DNA of 64,000 nucleotides from Thermoplasmatota archaeon (GTDB lineage Archaea; Thermoplasmatota; JAKEGO01): NCBI GenBank assembly GCA_028279595.1, contig JANQNK010000001.1, positions 69,016 to 133,015 of the forward strand, read 5' to 3'. Shown piece by piece: positions 54,642 to 64,000 of this stretch (position 1 is its first letter; each line of letters starts with the position of its first letter). The notes under the pieces were generated by a model. It saw only the letters and a program-made list of their open reading frames with translations, ran no database searches and was not told where the DNA came from. The position numbers and the translations under genes were made by a program.

Positions 54642-55340
54642 ATGGGGGTCTTCGCGATCATGTACGCGATAGACGGGGCCTTCGAGATCGCCGCGGCCCT
54701 CATCCTCGTCGCCATCCTCTTGGACGGACTCGACGGTGCCGTCGCCCGTTGGCTCAACGCAGAGACAACGGTCGGGAAGGAGATCGATTCTATAGCGGAC
54801 ATGGTCTCCTTCACCATGGCCCCTGCCGTCCTCATCTATGCCTGGCATTACGATCCGTCGGCAGGGTCCAGCCTGCAGCTGGTCCAGGGATACACATACG
54901 GCCGTGCGATCAACCTCCTGACGGTCATCGCCTCAGGGGCCGGGATGCTCCTCGGGATGTACCGCCTGATGCGATTCCGGTCCACCGACTACGACCTTCC
55001 GTTCTTCAGGGGTGTCCCGACGCCCGCATACGCGTTCTTCGTCGTGACTTCGATCTATCTCATATCACCCATGGCCTTCCTTCCGGTGGCCACGATGGTC
55101 GGACTGCTGATGGTCTCCCACGTCAGGTATTCCAAGGTGCAGGGTCTCCTGGCCGTACCGGCCCTTGCCGGGCTCGCCCTGGCGTTGGCGGGCATTGCGA
55201 TGGAAGGGGCCCGGTCGGCACTGATATCCGTCGCTTTCGTGCTGATACTGGTCTACATCGCCTCCCCTCTTGTCGTCACACCGCAGGACAGGGTGCCCCC
55301 TGCAAGGTTCCGGAAATTCTCGGATATGAGCAAAAAGTAG
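54642..55340 (+). CDS. pssA: CDP-alcohol phosphatidyltransferase (archaetidylserine synthase); true start probably upstream, see finding
   Basis: DGLDGAVARW-x8-GKEIDSIADMVSF is the D-G-x2-A-R...G-x3-D-x3-D signature. The in-frame upstream peptide LPDILSITNGT resembles the conserved family N-terminus. Confidence 0.8.
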   Translation: MGVFAIMYAIDGAFEIAAALILVAILLDGLDGAVARWLNAETTVGKEIDSIADMVSFTMAPAVLIYAWHYDPSAGSSLQLVQGYTYGRAINLLTVIASGAGMLLGMYRLMRFRSTDYDLPFFRGVPTPAYAFFVVTSIYLISPMAFLPVATMVGLLMVSHVRYSKVQGLLAVPALAGLALALAGIAMEGARSALISVAFVLILVYIASPLVVTPQDRVPPARFRKFSDMSKK

Positions 55341-55413
55341 TCATCGGTCCACAAAAATCTCCGTGTAATGGCCTATATAGAGTATAAATAAAAGAAAAGC
55401 CAATTAACGTAGC

Positions 55414-58400
55414 ATGCGCCGCCCGGCACTGGTGCCACTTATCATCTTGCTCGCTCTCATATGCATCGCGTCAGCCGGGGCGACGGAGATCGAGGGCACG
55501 CAGACCGACGCTCTCTTCGGATTCTCCCAGGCGGTCGGCGATTTCAACGGTGACGGAATGGACGACCTTGTCGTCGGAGCTCCCAACAACGACAACTCGG
55601 GCACCGACCGCGGAGCTGCGTTCATCTTCCTCGGTCCGTTCTCCGGCGACCTGGACACTGGCGATGCCAACGGCTCCTACATCGGCGAGGAGGAGTACGA
55701 CAGGGCCGGGTTCGCCCTGGCAGCCGGCGACGTCAACGGGGATGGATACGACGACATCATCGTCGGAAGCCCGGGAAACGACGACAACCTTCCGAACTCT
55801 GGCCAGGTCTACGTGATCTTCGGCCGAAGGAACTTCACGACCCAGAACTCCCTGTCCGAGGCGAACGGTTCGTTCATCGGCAAGGACAACAGCGACCGGA
55901 TCGGCATGGCACTGGCCTGCGGGGACGTGAACGGCGACCGCTACGACGACGTGATCATCGGGACCCCCCGCGAGGACGGGGACGACGGCGCCAACAGCGG
56001 TGCGGTCTACATAATCCATGGCAAGTCCGGCAGCTGGAACATGGAGAAGAGCCTCTACAATGCCGACGCATCCTACGTCGGTACCGCTCTGGGCCAGCGG
56101 GTCGGGCTGAACGTCACGTGTGGCGATGTCAACGGCGACGGGATGTCCGATATCCTCATCGGCGCACCCTACCATACCAGGAGCGAGTTCGAGGAGGGCA
56201 TGGTCTACATCGCGTTCGGACGGACCTCCAGCTGGAAGCTGAACATCAGGGTAAACACGCTCAACGCATCCTTCCTCGGTGGCACTGCCGGGGCCCATCT
56301 CGGCTGGTCGCTCTCTGCCGGCTTCGACGCCGACGGCGACGAGCTCGGGGACATACTCATTGGCGCCCCCGGTCTGGACGGCGCGTACATGTTCCGCGGC
56401 CGCCAGGGCTGGGGGCGAAGGATAGAGCCCCATCGCGCAGACATCGAGGTGGAGGGGGACCCGGGGACACGCACCGGATGGAGCGTAGCAATGGACATCT
56501 ACGACAGGGACCTCGTCAGGGGCCTGATCGTCGGATCCCCGGGCAACGACACGATCGATCCATCGTTCGCATTCCTTCCCAACGGGACGGAGGGCGACCT
56601 CCCCAACTCGACGATCGTCAACGGGACCTCCGAGTCACTCTACGGCTGGTCGATAGTCAGTGGCGACATGGACCTGGACGGACTGAAGGACGCCGTGGTC
56701 TCGGCGCCCAACGCAACGGGACCTTCGAGCAGGACCGGGGTGGTCGAGATCGTCGAATACGCCATGAACATCCAGCCGTTCATATCCGACCTCACGCTTC
56801 ACAAGAACATCTCGCGACCGAAGGCCTTCTTCCTGAGGATGGACCAGCCTGTGATGATCAACGCCACCGGAGGTTCGGGGGGTCCGAACCGTGACGTCGT
56901 CTGGGCGCGGGTGACCACCACCCTGGACTCGACAGGTATAATGGTCCCCCTCCTGGAGACGGGAGGTTCCACAGGTCATTTCCTCGGGAACGTGACCCCG
57001 GTATACGGCTCCGACGAGGACGCCGCTCGCATCGCGGCCCGGTGGGGGAACTGGCTCTACGTATCCTTCGGAGGACCCGTCAGGGCGAGGGGCATGCTGA
57101 ACGTTCCGCCGGCGATAGAGGGCAACGACACCCTGTGGGTCGACGAGGATTCGCCATACGAGTCACGATATACCTACGACGACGGGAACGCCGACGAGGT
57201 CTCGTGGACGATCGACACCAACGCCACCTGGATGATCTGGTCCGAATGGAACCAGACCCTCTGGGGCACGCCTGACAACAGGCATGTCGGTTGGTTCAAC
57301 GTCAACATCAGCATCGATGACGGGAACTTCGGCAACGATACGCGCTCCTTCATCCTGACGGTCAACAACACCCCTCCGGTCATAGGCAATGCCGATGAGA
57401 CCACCGCGTACGAGGACATCGCCTACAACGTCACTTATTACGTATCGCCCCCCGAGATCGGGGCCTTCTGGACCTTCACGACCAACGCGTCATGGCTCGA
57501 CTTCGAACAGAACGGCACATATCTCTTCGGCACGCCCAACAACACCGACGTCGGGGTCTACTCGGTCAACATCTCCGTCTACGACGGGAACGGAGGGTCA
57601 GACCATCGGGAGTTCGATCTGGACGTCCTGAACACCCCGCTGATGATACTGACGACCGACGTCCTGTCGGTCGATCAGGACGAGTACTACTACAACGATT
57701 ACGACAGCACCGACGACCCCGGTCCGGAATGGACCCTATGGACGGATGCGGACTTCCTCGACATCAACACGACCAGCGGCGAGATTTTCGGAGTCCCGGA
57801 CAACTGGGACGTGGGCAACTGGACTGTGAACATCTCCGTCGAGGATATCCACGGCGCCATTGATTTCAGCAACTTCACACTCCAGGTCTTCAACCTCGCA
57901 CCCGTGATTAGTCTGCACGACCCGATCATCGCTTTCGAGGACGATGACTTCTCGTACACCCTGAACTTCACGGACAAGGGACCCGGGACGACCGTGACCA
58001 TGGTCACGGACGCCGTATGGCTCAGTGACCTTGACCTCACGATCAGCGGCCGCGCTGACGACGACGACGTAGGCGACTACTACTTCGACCTCACGGTCAA
58101 CGACACCTGGGGCGCGGCGAGCAGGGTGAACGTCACCCTCAGGGTGCTTAACACCGATCCCGTGGTCCTCGGCACTCCGCCGAACAGCACCTACGAGGAC
58201 TCCCACTACATGTTCAACCTGTCGTCCTCCGATCCGGTGGACTTCTGGACCTACTCAGGTCCATCCTGGCTGAACCTCGACGCCAACGGGACCCTGTACG
58301 GGATCCCGATCAACGATGACGTCGGGAATCATACCATTACGGTAACGGTATTCGATCGTCATGGCGGTTCCGGCACGCTCCAGTACGATCTGTGGGTCAT

Positions 58401-61023
58401 CAACAGACCTCCGGAGATCGCCGCCGAGCACGTTTCAACGGTCGCGGAGGGAGAACAGTTCAACGCCTGGTTCAACTCGTCAGATCCAGGTGGATGGTGG
58501 CGGCTCGACACATCCAAGGAATGGCTGAACCTTACCGACAGCGGCGTACTGAGCGGGATACCGAAGAACCGTGACGTCGGCAAATGGACCATCAACATCA
58601 CCGCGGGGGACCGGAAGGGCGCAAGGGTGACATACGTGTTCAACCTGACCGTCACCAATACGCCTCCAGTCATCCACAATACCCCGCCTGCGCTGGTCCT
58701 CGAGGACGACGTCTATTCGTTCGATATGAACTCGTCCGACGACCCATGGGTCGAATGGGAGCTGATATCCCTCACCGACTGGCTCGAGGTCAACGGGACC
58801 GGCAGCCTCTACGGCGTCCCCGGCAACGAGTACGTCGCACTTTGGCAGTTCACACTGATCGTCGACGACGGAAATGGAGGAAAGGATTGGCTGAACTTCA
58901 CGGTCGACGTCAGGAACACCGACCCCGAGATACTCTCCACCCCGCCGGGCTTCGCATGGGAGAAGGACCTCTACTACTTCCAGATGGTCTCCTCCGACGG
59001 CGGACCCATCGGCTGGGAGCTCGTAGGGCCTCCATGGCTGTACATCGATCCCGCGACCGGACTCATGTCCGGTACCCCCACGAACGACGACGTCAACGAC
59101 ACCAACGTGACCATAACCCTCAAGGACGGAAAGGGAGGCAGGGCCACCCACGAGTTCATCCTTCAGGTATTCAACACGGACCCAGTGATCCTGACGGAAC
59201 CGATCAACACGACGATCGAAGGCCTTCCGTTCGGTCTTGCGCTTAGGTCGACCGACGACGGCGAGAACACCGTCTGGAGGGTCTGGACCGACGCCTACTG
59301 GCTGACCTACAACACCACGGTGAACTCAGTCTACGGGACCCCGGGCGAGCTCGTGATAGGCACCTACTACATCAACATGTCAGTGAAGGACGGCTTCGGG
59401 GCGTCCGACTACCTCAACTTCACACTCGAGGTGATCAATGCACCCCCGGTCCTCTCGATCCCATACATCCCGCCGCTTCCGGAGGATGAGCCCTTCGAGG
59501 CGATGATCCGGTCCTCGGACCCGGTATCGTTGTGGGAGTTCTCGTCCGACTCGGACTGGCTCGGTTTCAATACTACCAGCGGGAGGCTACACGGCACTCC
59601 GGATAACAGCGACGTCGGGACCTGGACCGCCAACGTGACGGCCACCGACGGATACGGTATGTCCGCGTCGGTCGAGCTCACCATCATCGTCGAGAACACC
59701 CCTCCGGACATCACGCCATATCCCCCTCTCGAGTTGGTCGAGGAACAGCTCTACAGGGTCGACTTCAACACGACGGACACCCCGGAGAGCTGGACCTTCG
59801 AGGGCCCCTCGTGGCTCACCATCGACGAAGACTCGGGCATCCTCTGGGGCGTTCCGGGGGACGCTGACTTCGGAGCGTTCGAGGTGACGGTCAACGTGTC
59901 CGACGGGAACGGCGGATACGCCGAACTGCCCTTCGTGATCGACGTGGAGAACATCAACGACGCCCCCGTCATCGCAGGGACGGATGTCCCGGTGACCAAT
60001 GCCACGGAACCGTACCTGGTGGAATACATCGGAACTGACCCCGACGGCGATACTACAACGTGGGGTCTGGTCACGAACGCCACCTTCCTCTCCATATCGA
60101 CCAATGGAACCCTCACGGGCCTCCCGACGAACGACAACGAGGGCGCCTATCCGGTCTCGATCTTCCTCAGGGACCCCTCAGGCAACACCACCTGGAGGAA
60201 CTTCACCCTGATCGTCCTCTACAAGGACCTCGCTCCGACGCTGAACGGCGGCACCGTCACCCCGAACAGCGGTGACACTGACACCAGGTTCCATTTCACG
60301 GTCTGGTACTTCGATCCAGAGGGCGCTCCGCCGGCGAGCATTATGGTGGTGATCGACGGGAAGGAACTGCCGATGAAGTTGAGCGAGGAGGAGGCATCCA
60401 ATGGCCTCTACAGGTTCACGACCGATCTGAGCAGGGGTGTACATACCTACTACTTCCGGGCGAACGACGGAACCAGCCAGGCCGAGGCAACCGGTGGGAC
60501 CCCGACAGAGACGAACGCCGCGACAGTGGGCGTCAAGAAGGGCGAGGACCTCTCCAACGTGATATTCTACGACATCGTACTCATCGCCGTCCTCGTTGCG
60601 ATCCTGGTGATCGCCCTTGGTTATCTGGTTGCACCCGACAGGATGTCGGGGATCCTCGGAAGGGTGATCCCCTCGGGTGGGACCAAGAGGAAACGTCCGC
60701 CAGCGACACCGCCAAGCGAGGACGAGGATGACCCGGACCCCTTCCACAGGCCCAGGCGGGATGTCCCGCCGCCGAGGAGGCGCACCGGCGCCGTCAGGCC
60801 GATGGTGCGAAGTGATGGACCACCTCCGGATGGTGAGGAAGAGGTCCGAGAGGGATCAGGGGTCCCCGAGGACCCAGGACCGGAGATCGGTCCCGAGAGG
60901 ACGAGGTCCCCTTCGGGGAGTGGACGGGTGGCGGAGCCGATCGAGGAGGACGAGACCGATCCGCTCGACATGGAGGGCGCCGTGGCCATGAGATACTCCG
61001 ATCTGCCTAAGAAGCGTCGCTGA
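55414..61023 (+). CDS. giant surface protein: signal peptide, 7-blade FG-GAP propeller, 12 tandem Ig/cadherin-like (He_PIG-type) repeats, PKD-like domain, TM, Pro/Arg/Asp-rich cytoplasmic tail
   Basis: Seven G-D-x-N-G-D-G-x-x-D-hhhG-x-P blades. Twelve W-L-x-h-x-x-x-G-x-h-x-G-x-P-x-N-x-D-V-G repeats of about 90 aa. TM VIFYDIVLIAVLVAILVIALGYLV at 60559-60633. Many N-x-S/T sequons. Confidence 0.85.
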   Translation: MRRPALVPLIILLALICIASAGATEIEGTQTDALFGFSQAVGDFNGDGMDDLVVGAPNNDNSGTDRGAAFIFLGPFSGDLDTGDANGSYIGEEEYDRAGFALAAGDVNGDGYDDIIVGSPGNDDNLPNSGQVYVIFGRRNFTTQNSLSEANGSFIGKDNSDRIGMALACGDVNGDRYDDVIIGTPREDGDDGANSGAVYIIHGKSGSWNMEKSLYNADASYVGTALGQRVGLNVTCGDVNGDGMSDILIGAPYHTRSEFEEGMVYIAFGRTSSWKLNIRVNTLNASFLGGTAGAHLGWSLSAGFDADGDELGDILIGAPGLDGAYMFRGRQGWGRRIEPHRADIEVEGDPGTRTGWSVAMDIYDRDLVRGLIVGSPGNDTIDPSFAFLPNGTEGDLPNSTIVNGTSESLYGWSIVSGDMDLDGLKDAVVSAPNATGPSSRTGVVEIVEYAMNIQPFISDLTLHKNISRPKAFFLRMDQPVMINATGGSGGPNRDVVWARVTTTLDSTGIMVPLLETGGSTGHFLGNVTPVYGSDEDAARIAARWGNWLYVSFGGPVRARGMLNVPPAIEGNDTLWVDEDSPYESRYTYDDGNADEVSWTIDTNATWMIWSEWNQTLWGTPDNRHVGWFNVNISIDDGNFGNDTRSFILTVNNTPPVIGNADETTAYEDIAYNVTYYVSPPEIGAFWTFTTNASWLDFEQNGTYLFGTPNNTDVGVYSVNISVYDGNGGSDHREFDLDVLNTPLMILTTDVLSVDQDEYYYNDYDSTDDPGPEWTLWTDADFLDINTTSGEIFGVPDNWDVGNWTVNISVEDIHGAIDFSNFTLQVFNLAPVISLHDPIIAFEDDDFSYTLNFTDKGPGTTVTMVTDAVWLSDLDLTISGRADDDDVGDYYFDLTVNDTWGAASRVNVTLRVLNTDPVVLGTPPNSTYEDSHYMFNLSSSDPVDFWTYSGPSWLNLDANGTLYGIPINDDVGNHTITVTVFDRHGGSGTLQYDLWVINRPPEIAAEHVSTVAEGEQFNAWFNSSDPGGWWRLDTSKEWLNLTDSGVLSGIPKNRDVGKWTINITAGDRKGARVTYVFNLTVTNTPPVIHNTPPALVLEDDVYSFDMNSSDDPWVEWELISLTDWLEVNGTGSLYGVPGNEYVALWQFTLIVDDGNGGKDWLNFTVDVRNTDPEILSTPPGFAWEKDLYYFQMVSSDGGPIGWELVGPPWLYIDPATGLMSGTPTNDDVNDTNVTITLKDGKGGRATHEFILQVFNTDPVILTEPINTTIEGLPFGLALRSTDDGENTVWRVWTDAYWLTYNTTVNSVYGTPGELVIGTYYINMSVKDGFGASDYLNFTLEVINAPPVLSIPYIPPLPEDEPFEAMIRSSDPVSLWEFSSDSDWLGFNTTSGRLHGTPDNSDVGTWTANVTATDGYGMSASVELTIIVENTPPDITPYPPLELVEEQLYRVDFNTTDTPESWTFEGPSWLTIDEDSGILWGVPGDADFGAFEVTVNVSDGNGGYAELPFVIDVENINDAPVIAGTDVPVTNATEPYLVEYIGTDPDGDTTTWGLVTNATFLSISTNGTLTGLPTNDNEGAYPVSIFLRDPSGNTTWRNFTLIVLYKDLAPTLNGGTVTPNSGDTDTRFHFTVWYFDPEGAPPASIMVVIDGKELPMKLSEEEASNGLYRFTTDLSRGVHTYYFRANDGTSQAEATGGTPTETNAATVGVKKGEDLSNVIFYDIVLIAVLVAILVIALGYLVAPDRMSGILGRVIPSGGTKRKRPPATPPSEDEDDPDPFHRPRRDVPPPRRRTGAVRPMVRSDGPPPDGEEEVREGSGVPEDPGPEIGPERTRSPSGSGRVAEPIEEDETDPLDMEGAVAMRYSDLPKKRR
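55512..56710 (+). repeat. 7 FG-GAP repeats (coding)
   Basis: FGFSQAVGDFNGDGMDDLVVGAP, AGFALAAGDVNGDGYDDIIVGSP, IGMALACGDVNGDRYDDVIIGTP, VGLNVTCGDVNGDGMSDILIGAP, LGWSLSAGFDADGDELGDILIGAP, TGWSVAMDIYDRDLVRGLIVGSP, YGWSIVSGDMDLDGLKDAVVSAP. Confidence 0.8.
57140..60243 (+). repeat. 12 tandem ~90-aa Ig-like domain repeats (coding)
   Basis: Each unit ends in an N-T/A-P/D-P-V/E-I boundary (NNTPPVI, LNTPLMI, FNLAPVI, LNTDPVV, INRPPEI, TNTPPVI, RNTDPEI, FNTDPVI, INAPPVL, ENTPPDI, INDAPVI, KDLAPTL). Confidence 0.75.
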
Positions 61024-61461
61024 GTTAACCAACAACCTTTGACATCGTTCTGCCTGTCATCCATGGCTCAACCCGGAGGCGCACCTATGACCATGACCGG
61101 CTGATGTTTGGATCCGCATCTGAGGCATTGTACCCAGTCGATGCTGCCGTGCAGGTCCGTACGGTGAACCATGTGCGTCGTCTCGCTCTGACAGGACGGA
61201 CAGTGGTTCGGTGCCTGTTCGAGCAACTAATGTCCCCCTCGCGGGAGACGGTAGGTCGTTCTGATTAATTAAGATTTCTCGGACCGTCCGGTCCAGGGTG
61301 TTACAAATGTCACGACCGGACCCGATTATGATGAAAGTCGACAGCCAGTCCCCCAATGGAACACGTTCGAAGTCGTCTGACAGCGGTCCATGAGCCTTTG
61401 AAACGGTTTCCATAAAACTCTTATATATATCAGAACTGACATTGACGACGGAGTGGTAACG

Positions 61462-64000
61462 ATGACGAAACCTACCATCCAGCAACTGTGTCTGGCAGTG
61501 GGAGCGATAATCATTTTCCTGATGGTCCTCGGCGGCACCGCAGAGGCCGATTTCTTCAACCCGGTGGTGGAAGTGGACGAGATCAGGTGCATCAACGAGA
61601 CCGGAAGGATGGAGTACGGTTTCCTAGACGACAACTACACGATCAAGGCCAAGGTGGACGTGGAGGATACAACACCCGGTACATCGGTCTTCAACATGGA
61701 GGTCACGTTCTACGACGATGGGACCCTGATCGAGACCGTCGATGTCGGCACTGTCGGATCGGGAGAGACAGTCATCGTTACAACGGAGTGGTACGGGCGC
61801 GAACCGACCGGATGGGACAACGAGCACAACATCCAGGTTGAGGTCGAAACCTCCAGCAACGATAACAATGACAACAACACCGACTTCGTCATTCATGAGC
61901 TGGGGGTAAGACTTGAGCTCGCCGACGGCGAGGAGGACGAGCGGACGGTCAACGAGGGAGGGACGGCTTCGTACTGGATGGAGATCGAGAACACCGGAAC
62001 CCTCAATGACACGTACAACCTCAACAATTCAGGTTACAACCCCAACGCCTGGGATGTCTGGTTCGAGAACGACATGGGTGTCGAGATCGAATATATATAT
62101 CTCGAGGAAGGCGAGATGGCCGATATATTCCTCAAGGTGAAGGAGGAGAACGCTGAAGGCAAGGACGTGAAGGCGGAGGTCATATCCAATGCCTCATCTC
62201 AGATCAACGGAAGCATCTACGACACCGAGGAGACCACTACCAGTGTTGCGGCACAGATACTGATCGTCGACGCCGCCGACACTAACAAGGACTCGGTCAC
62301 CAGCTATTACGAGGATGCACTGGACGAGGAGGGCTACAGCTACAATGTCCACAACAATCGCGAGGACCCGATAACCGCGGGCGACATGTCATTCTACTCC
62401 GTCGTGATCTGGGTGGAACCAGACAGCGGCCTCTCTCAGGACGAGACCGACAACGTCACAGACTACCTGGACGAAGGCGACGAGGACGACAAGAGGTCGC
62501 TATTCATCAGCGGCAAGGACATCGCCGAGCACGCCGATCAGACCACCTGGGGGAGGAAGTTCCTCAGGAAGTACATGGAGGTCGAGTTCTCGGAGTCTTC
62601 CACGAGCGCGACGACCCTGCAAGGTCGGAACCATCCAGTAGGTGGTAACATCGACCTGGACATCTCCCTGGGTGGACAGGGCGACGGCGCCAGGAACCAG
62701 GACCATCCCGACAATCTCACCGTCGGAGGGGAAGCCGAGGCCGATGCGATCTTCGAGTATTACGGAAGTGACATCGGCGGAACCAGCTACGAGGGTGATA
62801 CCTACAACAGCGTATTCTTCTCGTTCGGTTTCGAGGGCATCAACAGCGAATCCGATAGGTTCGAGGTGATGGCCAGGATCATGCGCTACTTCCAGGGCGG
62901 ATGCGACGGCTTCGCCAAGGACAGCGACGACGAGTACATCGAAGGCGCCACCGTCGAGCTCGTCGGGACCCAGTACACTACCGAGACCGACCCGAAGGGC
63001 TACTACTTCTTCACAGGGGTCGCTCCGGGAGAGTACACGGTCCGTTGCCGAGCGGAGGGATACGAGGACCCCGAGGACAAGGAGGTGACCATTTCACGGG
63101 GAACCCTGAAGCGCGTGTCCACCTTCATATTGCAGATCAAGCCGGCCGAGATCCAGGGAGTCGTGACGAACCGGACGGACCAGCCGGTCGAGAATGCCAA
63201 GATCACGTTCAAGGGCAAGGGCACCGTCTCCCACCGGACCTACATCGTATGGACCGACTTCGACGGCGAATACGACCTCGAGGTCGCCGAGGGGACGTAC
63301 GATGTGAACATATCCAAGCAGGGCCACTGGCCTGAGGCATACACTGACATCGAGGCCGAGGAGGGCGCAGCTGCGACCTGGGCCAACTTCACAGTGTACG
63401 AGATGCAGAATCCCGGCAACTTCACCGGATACATAGATTACGACGGCACCCCGCTCGAGGGCCTGTACTTCAAGATATTCGAACTCGATAACATCACGGT
63501 GTATACCAACGAGGATGGGATCGTTCCCGAGACGATGGTCCCTGGTGGGAACTACACCGGAGAGATCCGCATCATGCCGGATACGTTCGCTTTCAACAAG
63601 AGCCTCAAGAAGCAGGAGTTCGAGATGGAGGTCACCGAGGGAGAGACCATATGGGTGAACCGGACGCTCGAGGCCGGCGCCGAGGGCACCGTAATGGGCC
63701 GGGTCACTGACAATACGGCCGAACAGAAACCCCTGAGAGACGCCGACATCGAGTTCGAGGACTCCGAGGACGGCACGATCCTTGGCGTTAGAGGTGACAC
63801 CGACTCCAACGGGGATTACAGTGTCGAGATCCCCATCGGCTACTACAACGTCACGGCATCCAAACCGGGCTATGCCACCAAGACGAAGGTCGTTCGTGTC
63901 AGGGAGGGCGAGGAGGTCGAGATCGACTTCAAGCTGCCTCCTGGTGAGACCAAGGAGGGCCACATCCAGGTGAACACCACCTCGAACTACGGAGACAAGC
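61462..64000 (+). CDS. large secreted multi-domain protein, 5' part (runs off the right edge): signal peptide, CARDB-like domains, GATase1/ThuA-like alpha-beta module, several carboxypeptidase-regulatory-like domains
   Basis: Open frame with no stop from ATG 61462 to the window end, so it is absent from the ORF track. MTKPTIQQLCLAVGAIIIFLMVLGGTAEA signal. GYYFFTGVAPGEYTVRCRAEGYED and SNGDYSVEIPIGYYNVTASKPGYAT blocks. TATA TTATATATAT at 61421-61430 and GGAG SD. Confidence 0.75.
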   Translation, partial: MTKPTIQQLCLAVGAIIIFLMVLGGTAEADFFNPVVEVDEIRCINETGRMEYGFLDDNYTIKAKVDVEDTTPGTSVFNMEVTFYDDGTLIETVDVGTVGSGETVIVTTEWYGREPTGWDNEHNIQVEVETSSNDNNDNNTDFVIHELGVRLELADGEEDERTVNEGGTASYWMEIENTGTLNDTYNLNNSGYNPNAWDVWFENDMGVEIEYIYLEEGEMADIFLKVKEENAEGKDVKAEVISNASSQINGSIYDTEETTTSVAAQILIVDAADTNKDSVTSYYEDALDEEGYSYNVHNNREDPITAGDMSFYSVVIWVEPDSGLSQDETDNVTDYLDEGDEDDKRSLFISGKDIAEHADQTTWGRKFLRKYMEVEFSESSTSATTLQGRNHPVGGNIDLDISLGGQGDGARNQDHPDNLTVGGEAEADAIFEYYGSDIGGTSYEGDTYNSVFFSFGFEGINSESDRFEVMARIMRYFQGGCDGFAKDSDDEYIEGATVELVGTQYTTETDPKGYYFFTGVAPGEYTVRCRAEGYEDPEDKEVTISRGTLKRVSTFILQIKPAEIQGVVTNRTDQPVENAKITFKGKGTVSHRTYIVWTDFDGEYDLEVAEGTYDVNISKQGHWPEAYTDIEAEEGAAATWANFTVYEMQNPGNFTGYIDYDGTPLEGLYFKIFELDNITVYTNEDGIVPETMVPGGNYTGEIRIMPDTFAFNKSLKKQEFEMEVTEGETIWVNRTLEAGAEGTVMGRVTDNTAEQKPLRDADIEFEDSEDGTILGVRGDTDSNGDYSVEIPIGYYNVTASKPGYATKTKVVRVREGEEVEIDFKLPPGETKEGHIQVNTTSNYGDK

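Noticed and set aside
54584-54644. Possibility that psd and pssA are fused by a frameshift or stop read-through.
   Set aside because: Reading through the psd TGA in frame hits another stop after 9 codons and shows no pssA-like sequence. A strong SD at the junction argues for re-initiation rather than fusion.
61101-61123. C-box-like CTGATGT followed 12 nt later by CTGA, a possible box C/D sRNA.
   Set aside because: The C box is imperfect, and no C'/D' pair or terminal D box occurs at the expected spacing.
61057-61485. 142-aa minus-strand ORF filling the spacer between the two giant genes.
   Set aside because: It overlaps the TATA box, SD and start codon of the 61462 gene, has no motif and no SD or TATA of its own. 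The 438-nt spacer remains unexplained, but this ORF is not convincing.

Overview
This is a GC-rich archaeal chromosome segment, dense with housekeeping genes. Lineage markers include aTrm56, RNase P Rpp21, exosome Csl4, PurP, a Kae1-Bud32 fusion, archaeal phosphopantothenate synthetase and an archaetidylserine synthase/decarboxylase pair. These indicate a euryarchaeon, plausibly Thermoplasmatota-like, though that lineage call is inference only. I found no rRNA, tRNA, CRISPR array, integrase or transposase. Many genes have a TATA-like box about 25-30 nt upstream of the start codon, implying leaderless mRNAs. Internal operon genes instead use strong GAGGTGA-type Shine-Dalgarno (SD) sites and ATGA/GTGA start-stop overlaps. 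The backbone is interrupted by visibly AT-rich (by eye) accessory islets at about 9.6-10.5 kb, 11.8-16.4 kb, 18.6-22.85 kb, 32.3-33.5 kb and 44.05-44.5 kb. The strongest candidate novel system lies at 11.8-18.2 kb. Two paralogous wHTH/NB-ARC/TPR STAND NTPases flank a tightly coupled three-cistron unit. That unit encodes a secreted legumain (C13)-fold protein with no cysteine, bracketed by two paralogous ~20-codon micro-ORFs absent from the ORF track. The micro-ORFs conserve peptide sequence through synonymous codon changes. A second candidate is the low-GC island at 18.6-22.85 kb, where an ORC/Cdc6-like AAA+ ATPase sits opposite a cluster of orphan genes, including a Cys-rich 376-aa protein and small membrane proteins. 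Other notable items are a PyrK-like/PqqD-like/Zn-ribbon coupled operon and a pssA gene whose conserved N-terminus lies upstream of any canonical start but just after a perfect SD. There is also a 1869-aa protein with a 7-blade FG-GAP propeller and 12 Ig-like repeats, and a DEAD-box helicase with a His/Gly/Lys tail. Most long antisense ORFs in the track are shadow frames of GC-rich genes. All homology statements come from reading motifs by eye; no database search was run.
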